In this document: positions 5,922 through 13,330 of the stretch, piece after piece
Layout of the letters: each line of letters starts with the position of its first letter
How positions within the stretch are numbered: position 1 is the stretch's first letter
DNA from: Candidatus Cloacimonadota bacterium
GTDB lineage: Bacteria; Cloacimonadota; Cloacimonadia; Cloacimonadales; WRIO01
Direction of reading: 5' to 3'
Length of the DNA: 13,330 nucleotides
Assembly: GCA_029564175.1 (NCBI GenBank)
Contig: JAKQQL010000150.1
Location: forward strand, 1-13,330
The notes under the pieces: model-generated
The model's input: the letters and a program-made list of their open reading frames with translations, nothing else
The model's database searches: none
What the model was told of the DNA's origin: nothing
Made by a program: the position numbers and the translations under genes

Positions 5922-7376
5922 ATGAAAGTTTTAATCATACAATTGGCCAAAATGGGTGATATCATACAGAGTTTTCCGCTATGTGACATAATCTTCGATC
6001 AATATCAAGAGATTGAAATCTATCTTCTACACAGCGAAATATTTACTGAAACACTTCAGCTTAAGAGATATCTTCGTCCAATAGCAGTCAATCTTGATTT
6101 GTTAACCAATCAGGAGAATGAAACTCTCTGTCTTGCCAATACAACTTATTCTTCTCATTTATTGTTAAGTCTTGAACAGTTTCACTTTGATATCATCATC
6201 AATTTGAACAGTTCTCAACTGGCAGCTGAGATTTGTAAGCGAGTTGATTGTAATCTGAAATTTGGATTTAAATCAGGCAGAGAGCAAGATGAAAAATGGA
6301 TGAGTTATATTCTTTCTTTCATGAAAACCAGGCATTTGGGAACTTTTAATTTAGTGGATATTTTTTTAAAGTTTTTACAGAGACTTGAGTTATCAGCCGA
6401 AAATCAGACTCAACACTCAAATATTAAGATTTTTCAAAACACGATATCATCAGTAAAGAGAAAAGAAATAGAGCTGAAAGAGAGTAGAAAGGGTTTGATT
6501 TGTCTGCAACTTGGATCCCGAAACTCAAAACGTCATCCATTGATAAAAGATTATGCTCAAATAGCCAATACGCTCATTAATAATGGATTTCAGATAGTTT
6601 TAACAGGTGTAAAAAGTGAGATGGCACTGTATGATCGATTTTTACCATTAATTCATCAACCGAAATTTTTAACCAATCAGATTGGGCAAACTTCATTGTT
6701 AGAACTTCGTGATCTGTTAGATCAGTCTGAATATTTAATCAGTTCTGACACAGGGACCATGCATCTGGCATCCTTAACACGCTGCAAGATATTTGCCATT
6801 TTCATGGGTTGTGCATATCCTTATGAAACACTGGCATATAAGAATGAGACGATTGTATTTTTCCCAGATCACGAAATGATCGCTTGTTATCCCTGTAATG
6901 AGTTAAGCCAATGCCCCAATCATTATATTTGTAAAGAGTTTAATCCAGAGATTGTTAGTGAATACATCCTCAATCATACATCACATCCATCTCTGTATAA
7001 AAGCATTCAAGACCCAATCGGTCAGTATCTTGTACCTGAGATGAAACAAATCATTTCAGATAATCAACTTATGGCACTTATTTGGCGTATCATCGGTTCT
7101 CATCTATTTTATTCAAAAAATATCAATTTGAATGATTATCAAGCGTTTTATATTTTTAATAATGATCAAATCCAAAAAATTCTAAAACTCATCGAAAGAG
7201 AAATCCAGATTTATCAGCTCACCTTGTCAGAAATCACAGACTTAAAGCATCTCACACAAAACTTTCATTTTTTATCTCCCCTACTCATTTTTAAAATGAT
7301 TTGGACTGAAGAAAACACGCTTTTGTCAAACATAATCCAATGTATTCAAAGCATCAAAACAATAGAATTTAAATGA
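5922..7376 (+). CDS. Glycosyltransferase family 9 (ADP-heptose:LPS heptosyltransferase-like) with a C-terminal extension
   Basis: MKVLIIQLAKMGDIIQ N-terminus, GQTSLLEL, ISSDTGTMHLA and CYPC motifs. Start placed at ATG 5922 (GAGAGGA upstream) rather than 5901. Confidence 0.88.
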   Translation: MKVLIIQLAKMGDIIQSFPLCDIIFDQYQEIEIYLLHSEIFTETLQLKRYLRPIAVNLDLLTNQENETLCLANTTYSSHLLLSLEQFHFDIIINLNSSQLAAEICKRVDCNLKFGFKSGREQDEKWMSYILSFMKTRHLGTFNLVDIFLKFLQRLELSAENQTQHSNIKIFQNTISSVKRKEIELKESRKGLICLQLGSRNSKRHPLIKDYAQIANTLINNGFQIVLTGVKSEMALYDRFLPLIHQPKFLTNQIGQTSLLELRDLLDQSEYLISSDTGTMHLASLTRCKIFAIFMGCAYPYETLAYKNETIVFFPDHEMIACYPCNELSQCPNHYICKEFNPEIVSEYILNHTSHPSLYKSIQDPIGQYLVPEMKQIISDNQLMALIWRIIGSHLFYSKNINLNDYQAFYIFNNDQIQKILKLIEREIQIYQLTLSEITDLKHLTQNFHFLSPLLIFKMIWTEENTLLSNIIQCIQSIKTIEFK

Positions 7377-7399
7377 AGTCATAAAATTATTGATTTCGC

Positions 7400-7426
7400 T
7401 TGACATAAATCATTGCTTATTAAAAT
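7400..7426 (+). promoter_or_regulatory. Putative promoter of the ptb-ptb-rpiB-glyA operon
   Basis: TTGACA at 7400-7405 and TAAAAT at 7421-7426 (15-nt spacer, short); GGAGG RBS before ATG 7466. Confidence 0.45.
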
Positions 7427-7465
7427 TTAAACTTATCAAAATTATCATAATTCGGAGGCTTATTT

Positions 7466-8374
7466 ATGCAGATTACCAAACTGCAACACATGCTCGAAGA
7501 AGCAAAATTACGTCCTAAAAAACGATTAGTAGTAGCTTATGCAAATGATTTACATACGCTGGAAGCTGTTAATGAGGCGATTTCTATGGATATCGTTTCT
7601 GCTACAGTTACTGGTGATGAAAATAGAATAAAAAGCTTATGTGCTGAAGCAGGTATTGACCATACCCGTTTTGAAATTATTCATGAGACGAATGAACTTG
7701 AAGCCGGTTTAAAATGCTGTGATATGATCAATCACGGTCATGGCAATATTATCATGAAAGGCACAATTAGTTCTGACAATTACATGCGTTGTATTTTAAA
7801 TAAAGAACGCGGGATTATGAAAGGCAAATCAATTCTTACCCACGTATCCGTTATTGAACCAACCGGTTATGACCGTTTATTAATTGTTGGAGATGTTGCG
7901 GTTATTCCATTACCTGAGCTTGATCAAAAAATTGCCATTGTAAAACATCTGATAAACACAGCACATTGCTTAGGCAATCCAATGCCAAAAGTAGGGTTAC
8001 TGGCTGCCACTGAAAAAGTAAGTTACAAAATACAATCTTGTGCTGATGCTGCATTAATTGCAAAAATGGCTGATCGTGGAGACATTAAAGGTGCCATTGT
8101 AGATGGTCCTTTAGCACTTGACGGTTGTATTGACAGAGAATCATGCGAGATAAAAGGGATAAAAAGCCCTGTAGCAGGTCAGGCAGACTGTATTTTATTC
8201 CCCAATATCGAATCAGGGAATGTATTCTACAAGACCTGTACCAAATTATTAGGTTCTGAGCTTGCGGCTAATGTTGTAGGCGCTAAAGTACCTGCTATTC
8301 TGTCCTCAAGAGGCGATTCTTCTCTGACTAAACTTTACTCCATCGCTTTAGCAGCCTTAACCAGTTCAAACTAA
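7466..8374 (+). CDS. ptb: Phosphate butyryltransferase / phosphate acyltransferase (PTA_PTB family), paralog 1
   Basis: IIMKG, PKVGLLAATEKV, DGPLALD, PNIESGNVFYK and LSSRGDS motifs. Confidence 0.9.
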   Translation: MQITKLQHMLEEAKLRPKKRLVVAYANDLHTLEAVNEAISMDIVSATVTGDENRIKSLCAEAGIDHTRFEIIHETNELEAGLKCCDMINHGHGNIIMKGTISSDNYMRCILNKERGIMKGKSILTHVSVIEPTGYDRLLIVGDVAVIPLPELDQKIAIVKHLINTAHCLGNPMPKVGLLAATEKVSYKIQSCADAALIAKMADRGDIKGAIVDGPLALDGCIDRESCEIKGIKSPVAGQADCILFPNIESGNVFYKTCTKLLGSELAANVVGAKVPAILSSRGDSSLTKLYSIALAALTSSN

Positions 8375-8387
8375 AAAAGGAATAATC

Positions 8388-9302
8388 ATGTCATCAATTA
8401 CAAGTCTTGACCAACTGGTAGAGAAAGTAAAAGGTTTACCTAAACGCAGAATCGCAATTGCTGTAGCTGAGGATCAAAACACCTTAGGTGCTATCAATGA
8501 AGCAGTCCAAAATGGATTTATTCATCCCATTATGCTGGGTAATGCAGAAAAAATCAAACAACTTTGTCAGTCAGAAAATATCGATTATTCAAACTTTGAG
8601 ATTATTCATTTTGATAATGAAGTACAAGCAACTCAAGAAGCTGTAAAACTTGTTCGAGAAAATAAAGCCGATGTTCTAATGAAAGGCCTGGTGAATACCG
8701 ATAAATTTTTAAAAGCGGTGCTTGACAAAGAAAAAGGCTTACTCCCTCCAAAAACAGTCATGTCTTATGTTTGTGCTATTGAAGTGCCAAAATATAAAAA
8801 ACTCCTTTTTGTCAGTGATACAGCAGTATTACCTTACCCTGATCTGGATCAGAAGATTGCCATGGTGAAATACTCCGTAAATATGGCAAAGAAATTTGGA
8901 ATAGAAAAGCCTAAAGTAGCCCTACTCAGTGCAGCAGAAAAAGTATCGGCTCATTTTCAAAGCACGCTGGATTATGCAGCAATTTGTAAAATGGTGGAAA
9001 AAAAACAGTTACCTGAGTGTATTATTGACGGACCGGTTGACTTATTTCTTGCCTGTGATCCTGAAAGTGTTAAGATTAAGGGTGTTCCTACACCACTTGA
9101 AGGTGATGCTGATGTGTTAATTTGCCCTTCTATCGAATCATCCAATATCTTCTATAAAGGGCTTATGCTTTTTGCAGGAGGAGAACTGGCTGGTTTAATC
9201 CAGGGTACAGTCAAGCCAGTAGTCGTAATGTCAAGAAGTGAAAGCGCTAAATCTAAGTATTATTGCATTGCACTCTCCTGTCTAATGGCAGATGAGAAAT
9301 AG
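8388..9302 (+). CDS. ptb: Phosphate butyryltransferase / phosphate acyltransferase (PTA_PTB family), paralog 2 with divergent motifs
   Basis: ADVLMKGLVNT, SDTAVLPYPDLDQK, PKVALLSAAEKV, PSIESSNIFYK and VMSRSES motifs; AAGGA RBS. Confidence 0.88.
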   Translation: MSSITSLDQLVEKVKGLPKRRIAIAVAEDQNTLGAINEAVQNGFIHPIMLGNAEKIKQLCQSENIDYSNFEIIHFDNEVQATQEAVKLVRENKADVLMKGLVNTDKFLKAVLDKEKGLLPPKTVMSYVCAIEVPKYKKLLFVSDTAVLPYPDLDQKIAMVKYSVNMAKKFGIEKPKVALLSAAEKVSAHFQSTLDYAAICKMVEKKQLPECIIDGPVDLFLACDPESVKIKGVPTPLEGDADVLICPSIESSNIFYKGLMLFAGGELAGLIQGTVKPVVVMSRSESAKSKYYCIALSCLMADEK

Positions 9303-9338
9303 AGGTATCGCAAACCACACTTTGTGAAAGAGGAAAAT

Positions 9339-9773
9339 ATGAAAATCGCAATTGGTTCAGATCATGCCGGCTTTGAAATGAAAGAAATCATCAAAGCATA
9401 TTTACAATCAATTGGCATTGAGTATCATGATTATGGCACTTACAATACCGATTCAATGGACTATCCTGACACCGGTAAAGCAGTTGCCCAGGCAGTTGCC
9501 AACCATCATCAGGAAAAAGGGATATTGATATGTGGTAGTGGAATTGGAATGAGTATTGTAGCTAATAAAATTAGCGGAATCCGTGCAGCGTTATGTCATT
9601 GCAGTGAATTTGCCAAATTATCCAGAGAACATAATGACTCAAATATTCTTGTTTTAGCAGGAAGATTTACACCGGAAGAACAGGCAAAAGACATTGTAAA
9701 AACATGGTTAGATACTCCTTTCAGCAATGATCCAAGACATTTAAAACGTATTGAAAAAATAGAAAAAAACTAA
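9339..9773 (+). CDS. rpiB: Ribose-5-phosphate isomerase B
   Basis: [33 protein letters not shown] and RHLKRI motifs; ATG 9339 preceded by GAGGA (preferred over GTG 9324). Confidence 0.95.
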   Translation: MKIAIGSDHAGFEMKEIIKAYLQSIGIEYHDYGTYNTDSMDYPDTGKAVAQAVANHHQEKGILICGSGIGMSIVANKISGIRAALCHCSEFAKLSREHNDSNILVLAGRFTPEEQAKDIVKTWLDTPFSNDPRHLKRIEKIEKN

Positions 9774-9787
9774 AACAAGAGGAAAAA

Positions 9788-11083
9788 ATGGAACACATCA
9801 AACAATTTGATCCTGAACTTTATGCTGCGATGCACAAAGAACTAACACGCCAGGAAGAAAATCTTGAACTGATCGCATCTGAAAACTACGTTTCACGTGC
9901 TGTACTTGAAGCTGCCGGTTCTGTTTTAACAAACAAGTATGCAGAAGGTTACCCATACCGTTGGTCGAAAAAAACAGGTAAAGTCAATTATAATTTATAC
10001 GGCAGATACTATGGTGGCTGTGAATATGTAGATGAAGCTGAAAAACTGGCAATCGAAAGAGCAAAAGAATTATTTAATGCTGAGCATGCCAACGTTCAGG
10101 CTCATTCAGGGTCACAAGCAAACATGGCAGCTTATTTTTCACTCGTTAATCCAGGAGATACGGTTCTCAGTCTCGAACTGGCTCATGGCGGTCACTTAAC
10201 CCATGGTCATCCACTCAGTTTCTCCGGTCAATTCTACAATATTATTCACTATGGTGTTGATCCAAGTACTGAACAATTTAATTATGATAAAATTATGGAG
10301 CTGGCTCAACAACATAAACCTGCCATGATTTTAACCGGCGCCAGTGCTTACCCAAGAAAAATTGATTTTACCAAATTCAGAGAGATTGCTGATGCTGTTG
10401 GTGCAAAGTTAATGGTTGATATGGCTCATATTGCAGGTCTTGTTGCTGCAGGATTACATCAAAACCCGGTACCTTATGCAGACATCGTAACGACGACAAC
10501 CCATAAAACCCTTAGAGGACCCCGTTCAGGTCTTATTCTCTGTAAAGAGCAGTATGCTCAAACAGTGGATTCAAAAGTATTCCCTGGTATTCAGGGTGGT
10601 CCATTAATGCACATCATCGCAGCCAAAGCAGTTGCATTTAAAGAAGCATTATCTGAAGATTATAAAAAATATCAGCAACAAGTAATTAACAATGCGTCAG
10701 CTCTGGCGAACGAATTGCAAACTTTAGGATTAAAACTGGTTTCTGGTGGAACAGATAACCATCTGATGCTGGTTAATCTCGGTACCGAAGAAGAAGGCGG
10801 ACCTTCAGGCAAAAAAATGGAAGAATCTTTGGATTTAGCAGGCATTACTGTCAATAAAAATACTGTTCCGTTTGATACACGTTCTCCATTCGTTGCTTCC
10901 GGCATCCGTATTGGTACTCCAGCAGTAACAACTCGTGGCATGAAAGAAACTGAAATGAAAACGATTGCAAGTTTCATTAAATCAGTTCATGAAAACTATG
11001 CAAATGAAGAAAAACTGGCTGAGATAAAACAGGCAGTAAGAGAATTAACCGTAAATTTTCCACTTTATAAAGATATGATCTAA
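9788..11083 (+). CDS. glyA: Serine hydroxymethyltransferase
   Basis: [38 protein letters not shown]-lysine motif [19 protein letters not shown] and SGIRIGT; GAGGA RBS. Confidence 0.98.
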   Translation: MEHIKQFDPELYAAMHKELTRQEENLELIASENYVSRAVLEAAGSVLTNKYAEGYPYRWSKKTGKVNYNLYGRYYGGCEYVDEAEKLAIERAKELFNAEHANVQAHSGSQANMAAYFSLVNPGDTVLSLELAHGGHLTHGHPLSFSGQFYNIIHYGVDPSTEQFNYDKIMELAQQHKPAMILTGASAYPRKIDFTKFREIADAVGAKLMVDMAHIAGLVAAGLHQNPVPYADIVTTTTHKTLRGPRSGLILCKEQYAQTVDSKVFPGIQGGPLMHIIAAKAVAFKEALSEDYKKYQQQVINNASALANELQTLGLKLVSGGTDNHLMLVNLGTEEEGGPSGKKMEESLDLAGITVNKNTVPFDTRSPFVASGIRIGTPAVTTRGMKETEMKTIASFIKSVHENYANEEKLAEIKQAVRELTVNFPLYKDMI

Positions 11084-11104
11084 TCAAATCTTCATAAATT
11101 TTTT

Positions 11105-11135
11105 AGAGACGCTGTTTAAAGCGTCTCTTTTTTTT
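11105..11135 (+). terminator. Rho-independent terminator after glyA
   Basis: AGAGACGCT, loop GTTTAA, AGCGTCTCT, followed by a T run to 11135. Confidence 0.92.
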
Positions 11136-11175
11136 CATACTTTACAAAATTTTTCTAAAATCTTTAATTCTATTC

Positions 11176-11203
11176 TTGACAAAATACAAAATTATATTAT
11201 TAT
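11176..11203 (+). promoter_or_regulatory. Putative sigma70 promoter of the DUF432-mscS-HDOD operon
   Basis: TTGACA (11176-11181), 16 nt, TATTAT (11198-11203); GAGGAG RBS before ATG 11229. Confidence 0.65.
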
Positions 11204-11228
11204 GTACATTAGGAAGTGAGGAGAATTT

Positions 11229-11990
11229 ATGAAGATATTTGATCCAATGAATTTCCAGGAAAATGAAAGTAAGAAAATCAAAATTCACAGACTGGAATTT
11301 TGGCTTCGTTACACAGGTGAAAGCTGGGAGTTAAGTTATCATTATCAAAATGAATATGATAATTTTTCTATTGAAGACAACTGCTCTTTTGAACCGTTTA
11401 AAACAGAAAAATGGGTATTTTCTGAGCCTTATCCAACGATCTTCTTAAAACCGGTTTTACCTGACAAACCTGTTCTGACTGAATTTAAAAATCCAACATC
11501 TGTACTGGCTGGCGAAAAAATATGTCTTTTTGAACAAATTCCTGCATCTATAGACATTATGATAAAAACACCTAAAAAAGAAATCAAATTGAAACAACTC
11601 TCAATAATTCCTGAACAACTCACTTGGTTAGGTGATCCTCTAGATGGAGAGCTTTGTTATCATGATACAGCTGAAGCAGTTTTCAATGAAAAACTTATCC
11701 AATATCAGAGTGGAGCAATAATCTGTCCAATTATCATCAATAATCAATCTAATCATACTTATCCATTAAAACAACTTGTTATCAGAACGGAATTTCTTGG
11801 TATTTTTATAAAAAATAATCAGTTATGGACAAATATGATGAAAATCGAGTATTATGGAGATGACAAAGAAAACCCGATTGAGATATTACCATTGGAAAAT
11901 ACAGTTCAACTTACTCCTCCAAGAGAAGATATCAGACAGCAAAGCAGATTAATTAAACGAATCAGTAATTTCCGTTCGTTTATCAGTTGA
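11229..11990 (+). CDS. DUF432-like protein
   Basis: PVLPDKPV...P..V..GE....F..IP..I and TWLGDPLDGELCY pattern, recalled as matching the DUF432 family; next to mscS as is typical for that family. Confidence 0.6.
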   Translation: MKIFDPMNFQENESKKIKIHRLEFWLRYTGESWELSYHYQNEYDNFSIEDNCSFEPFKTEKWVFSEPYPTIFLKPVLPDKPVLTEFKNPTSVLAGEKICLFEQIPASIDIMIKTPKKEIKLKQLSIIPEQLTWLGDPLDGELCYHDTAEAVFNEKLIQYQSGAIICPIIINNQSNHTYPLKQLVIRTEFLGIFIKNNQLWTNMMKIEYYGDDKENPIEILPLENTVQLTPPREDIRQQSRLIKRISNFRSFIS

Positions 11991-11997
11991 GGGATAT

Positions 11998-12873
11998 ATG
12001 GATATTATGAATAATCTTCAAATCTATAACTGGATTACTCCTGAAAGAATCACTTTATTAGTGAGATTTTTACTCACCTTAGTGATTGGCTTTCCTCTGA
12101 TCAAATTACTTAATAAAATCATCATGAAGTTTTTAGGTAAATACTTAAATCCCCAAAGCGAAATGGTAGCAGAAAGATTTATATGGTACACACTTCTCGT
12201 TATATTAGTGGTTTCTGCTCTAAATCAGCTCGGATTTAAGCTCTCTGCACTTTTAGGTGCTGCGGGTATTTTTGGTGTGGCAATCGGTTTTGCTTCTCAA
12301 ACCAGTTTTTCTAATCTGATCAGTGGAATGTTTATGATATCTGAAAAATCATTTTCCGTAGGTGATGTGATCAAAATTGGAGGTACAACTGGGATTGTGC
12401 TTTCAATCGACTTGCTTTCAGTTAAACTCAGAACATTTGATAATCAATACATCAGAATTCCTAATGAAAATTTAATTAAATCAGAACTCACTAATATCAG
12501 TAAATTTCCAATCAGACGAACTGATTTTGAAATTGGAGTGGCATACCATTCCAATCTTAGAAATGTTGAAAAAGTAATAAAAGAAGTTATAAATGACAAT
12601 CATTTTGCATTAAAAGAACCCAGTCCTCTGGTTACAATAGTAAATTTTGGGGATTCATCCATCAACTTTAAAATTGGTGTATGGGCAACAAAAGAGAATT
12701 TTATTGATTGTTCAAACAGTTTAAAAATGGACTTATTTGAAAGATTTCAAGCAGAAAATATTGAAATCCCCTTTCCTCAGCGGGTTCTTTCCATATCAGA
12801 CAATGATCATAATTTAATCCAACAGGCTTTAACAATAAAAAATAGTTTAAAAGAAAAAAGTAGTATAGATTAA
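11998..12873 (+). CDS. mscS: Small-conductance mechanosensitive channel (MscS family)
   Basis: Three hydrophobic helices; LGAAGIFGVAIGFASQ..SNLISG, FSVGDVI, RTFDN...IPN, FGDSSINF and IEIPFPQR motifs. Confidence 0.95.
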   Translation: MDIMNNLQIYNWITPERITLLVRFLLTLVIGFPLIKLLNKIIMKFLGKYLNPQSEMVAERFIWYTLLVILVVSALNQLGFKLSALLGAAGIFGVAIGFASQTSFSNLISGMFMISEKSFSVGDVIKIGGTTGIVLSIDLLSVKLRTFDNQYIRIPNENLIKSELTNISKFPIRRTDFEIGVAYHSNLRNVEKVIKEVINDNHFALKEPSPLVTIVNFGDSSINFKIGVWATKENFIDCSNSLKMDLFERFQAENIEIPFPQRVLSISDNDHNLIQQALTIKNSLKEKSSID

Positions 12874-12887
12874 ATCAAGAGGTTAAT

Positions 12888-13330
12888 ATGCCAAAAACAA
12901 TAAATGAGATTCAGGCTGTCCTTGCAAGGATAGACAATTTACCTACTCTGCCAATCGTAGCATCTGAACTAATCAGAATCTTAGGTAATTCTAACACTTC
13001 TATGAGCCAAATCAGTGAACTCATGAACAATGATCAATCCATCACAGCACGTGTATTAAAGATAGCAAATTCTGCATACTATGGCATCAGAAACAGAGTA
13101 GATACATTGCGAACCGCTTTGGTCATCTTAGGAGTTAATGAAATAACCAATATCGTGATCGGTGTTTCTTTAATGAAAGTATTCGACACTGAAGGCGAAA
13201 AACTTTTTGATCACAGTGCATTTTGGAAACATTCAATTTACACTGCCCATCTTTCCCGATGGTTATCCAGAAAGCTAGGGATTCCATTTCATGGAGAAGA
13301 GTTTACTGCCGGTTTAATCCATGATATTGG
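12888..13330 (+). CDS. HDOD-domain protein (partial, runs off the window end; not in the supplied ORF track)
   Basis: Hand translation: MPKTINEIQAVLARIDNLPTLPIVA...DQSITARVLKIANSAYYG...ALVILG...FWKHS...FTAGLIHDIG; AAGAGG RBS upstream. Confidence 0.92.
   Translation, partial: MPKTINEIQAVLARIDNLPTLPIVASELIRILGNSNTSMSQISELMNNDQSITARVLKIANSAYYGIRNRVDTLRTALVILGVNEITNIVIGVSLMKVFDTEGEKLFDHSAFWKHSIYTAHLSRWLSRKLGIPFHGEEFTAGLIHDI

Noticed and set aside
8720..8730. CTTGACAAAG inside ptb paralog 2
   Set aside because: Explained by the coding sequence (L-D-K); far from the next start codon and no convincing -10 box.
8929..9120. 63-aa alternate-frame ORF in ptb paralog 2
   Set aside because: Fully nested in an intact gene; no sign of frameshifting or an RBS.
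10672..10977. 101-aa minus-strand ORF
   Set aside because: Antisense shadow of conserved glyA.
11429..11623. 64-aa minus-strand ORF
   Set aside because: Antisense shadow of the DUF432-like gene.

Overview
AT-rich bacterial chromosomal window. The FlgD-Ig/T9SS-type C-terminal sorting domain together with clear Shine-Dalgarno use suggests a non-Bacteroidota FCB lineage such as Cloacimonadota (inference). From left to right: (1) a 975-aa secreted surface protein (7-bladed FG-GAP propeller, two PKD-like Ig domains, a split gingipain-like FnIII domain, sorting CTD); (2) a 95-aa orphan gene; (3) a ~400-bp region between convergent genes that contains a hairpin-rich ~257-nt element bounded by inverted repeats; (4) a minus-strand ComEA-like HhH / outer-membrane beta-barrel gene, divergent from an extended GT9 glycosyltransferase across mirror-image promoters; (5) a ptb-ptb-rpiB-glyA operon with two diverged phosphate butyryltransferases and a GlyA carrying a 14-aa insertion; (6) a DUF432-like / MscS / HDOD operon that runs off the right edge. 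No tRNA, rRNA, CRISPR array, transposase or reverse transcriptase was seen. The best novelty candidates are the structured element (possibly a unit with the orphan gene), the putative heteromeric Ptb pair, the GlyA insertion and the DUF432-MscS-HDOD unit. All family assignments come from reading motifs by eye, not from database searches.
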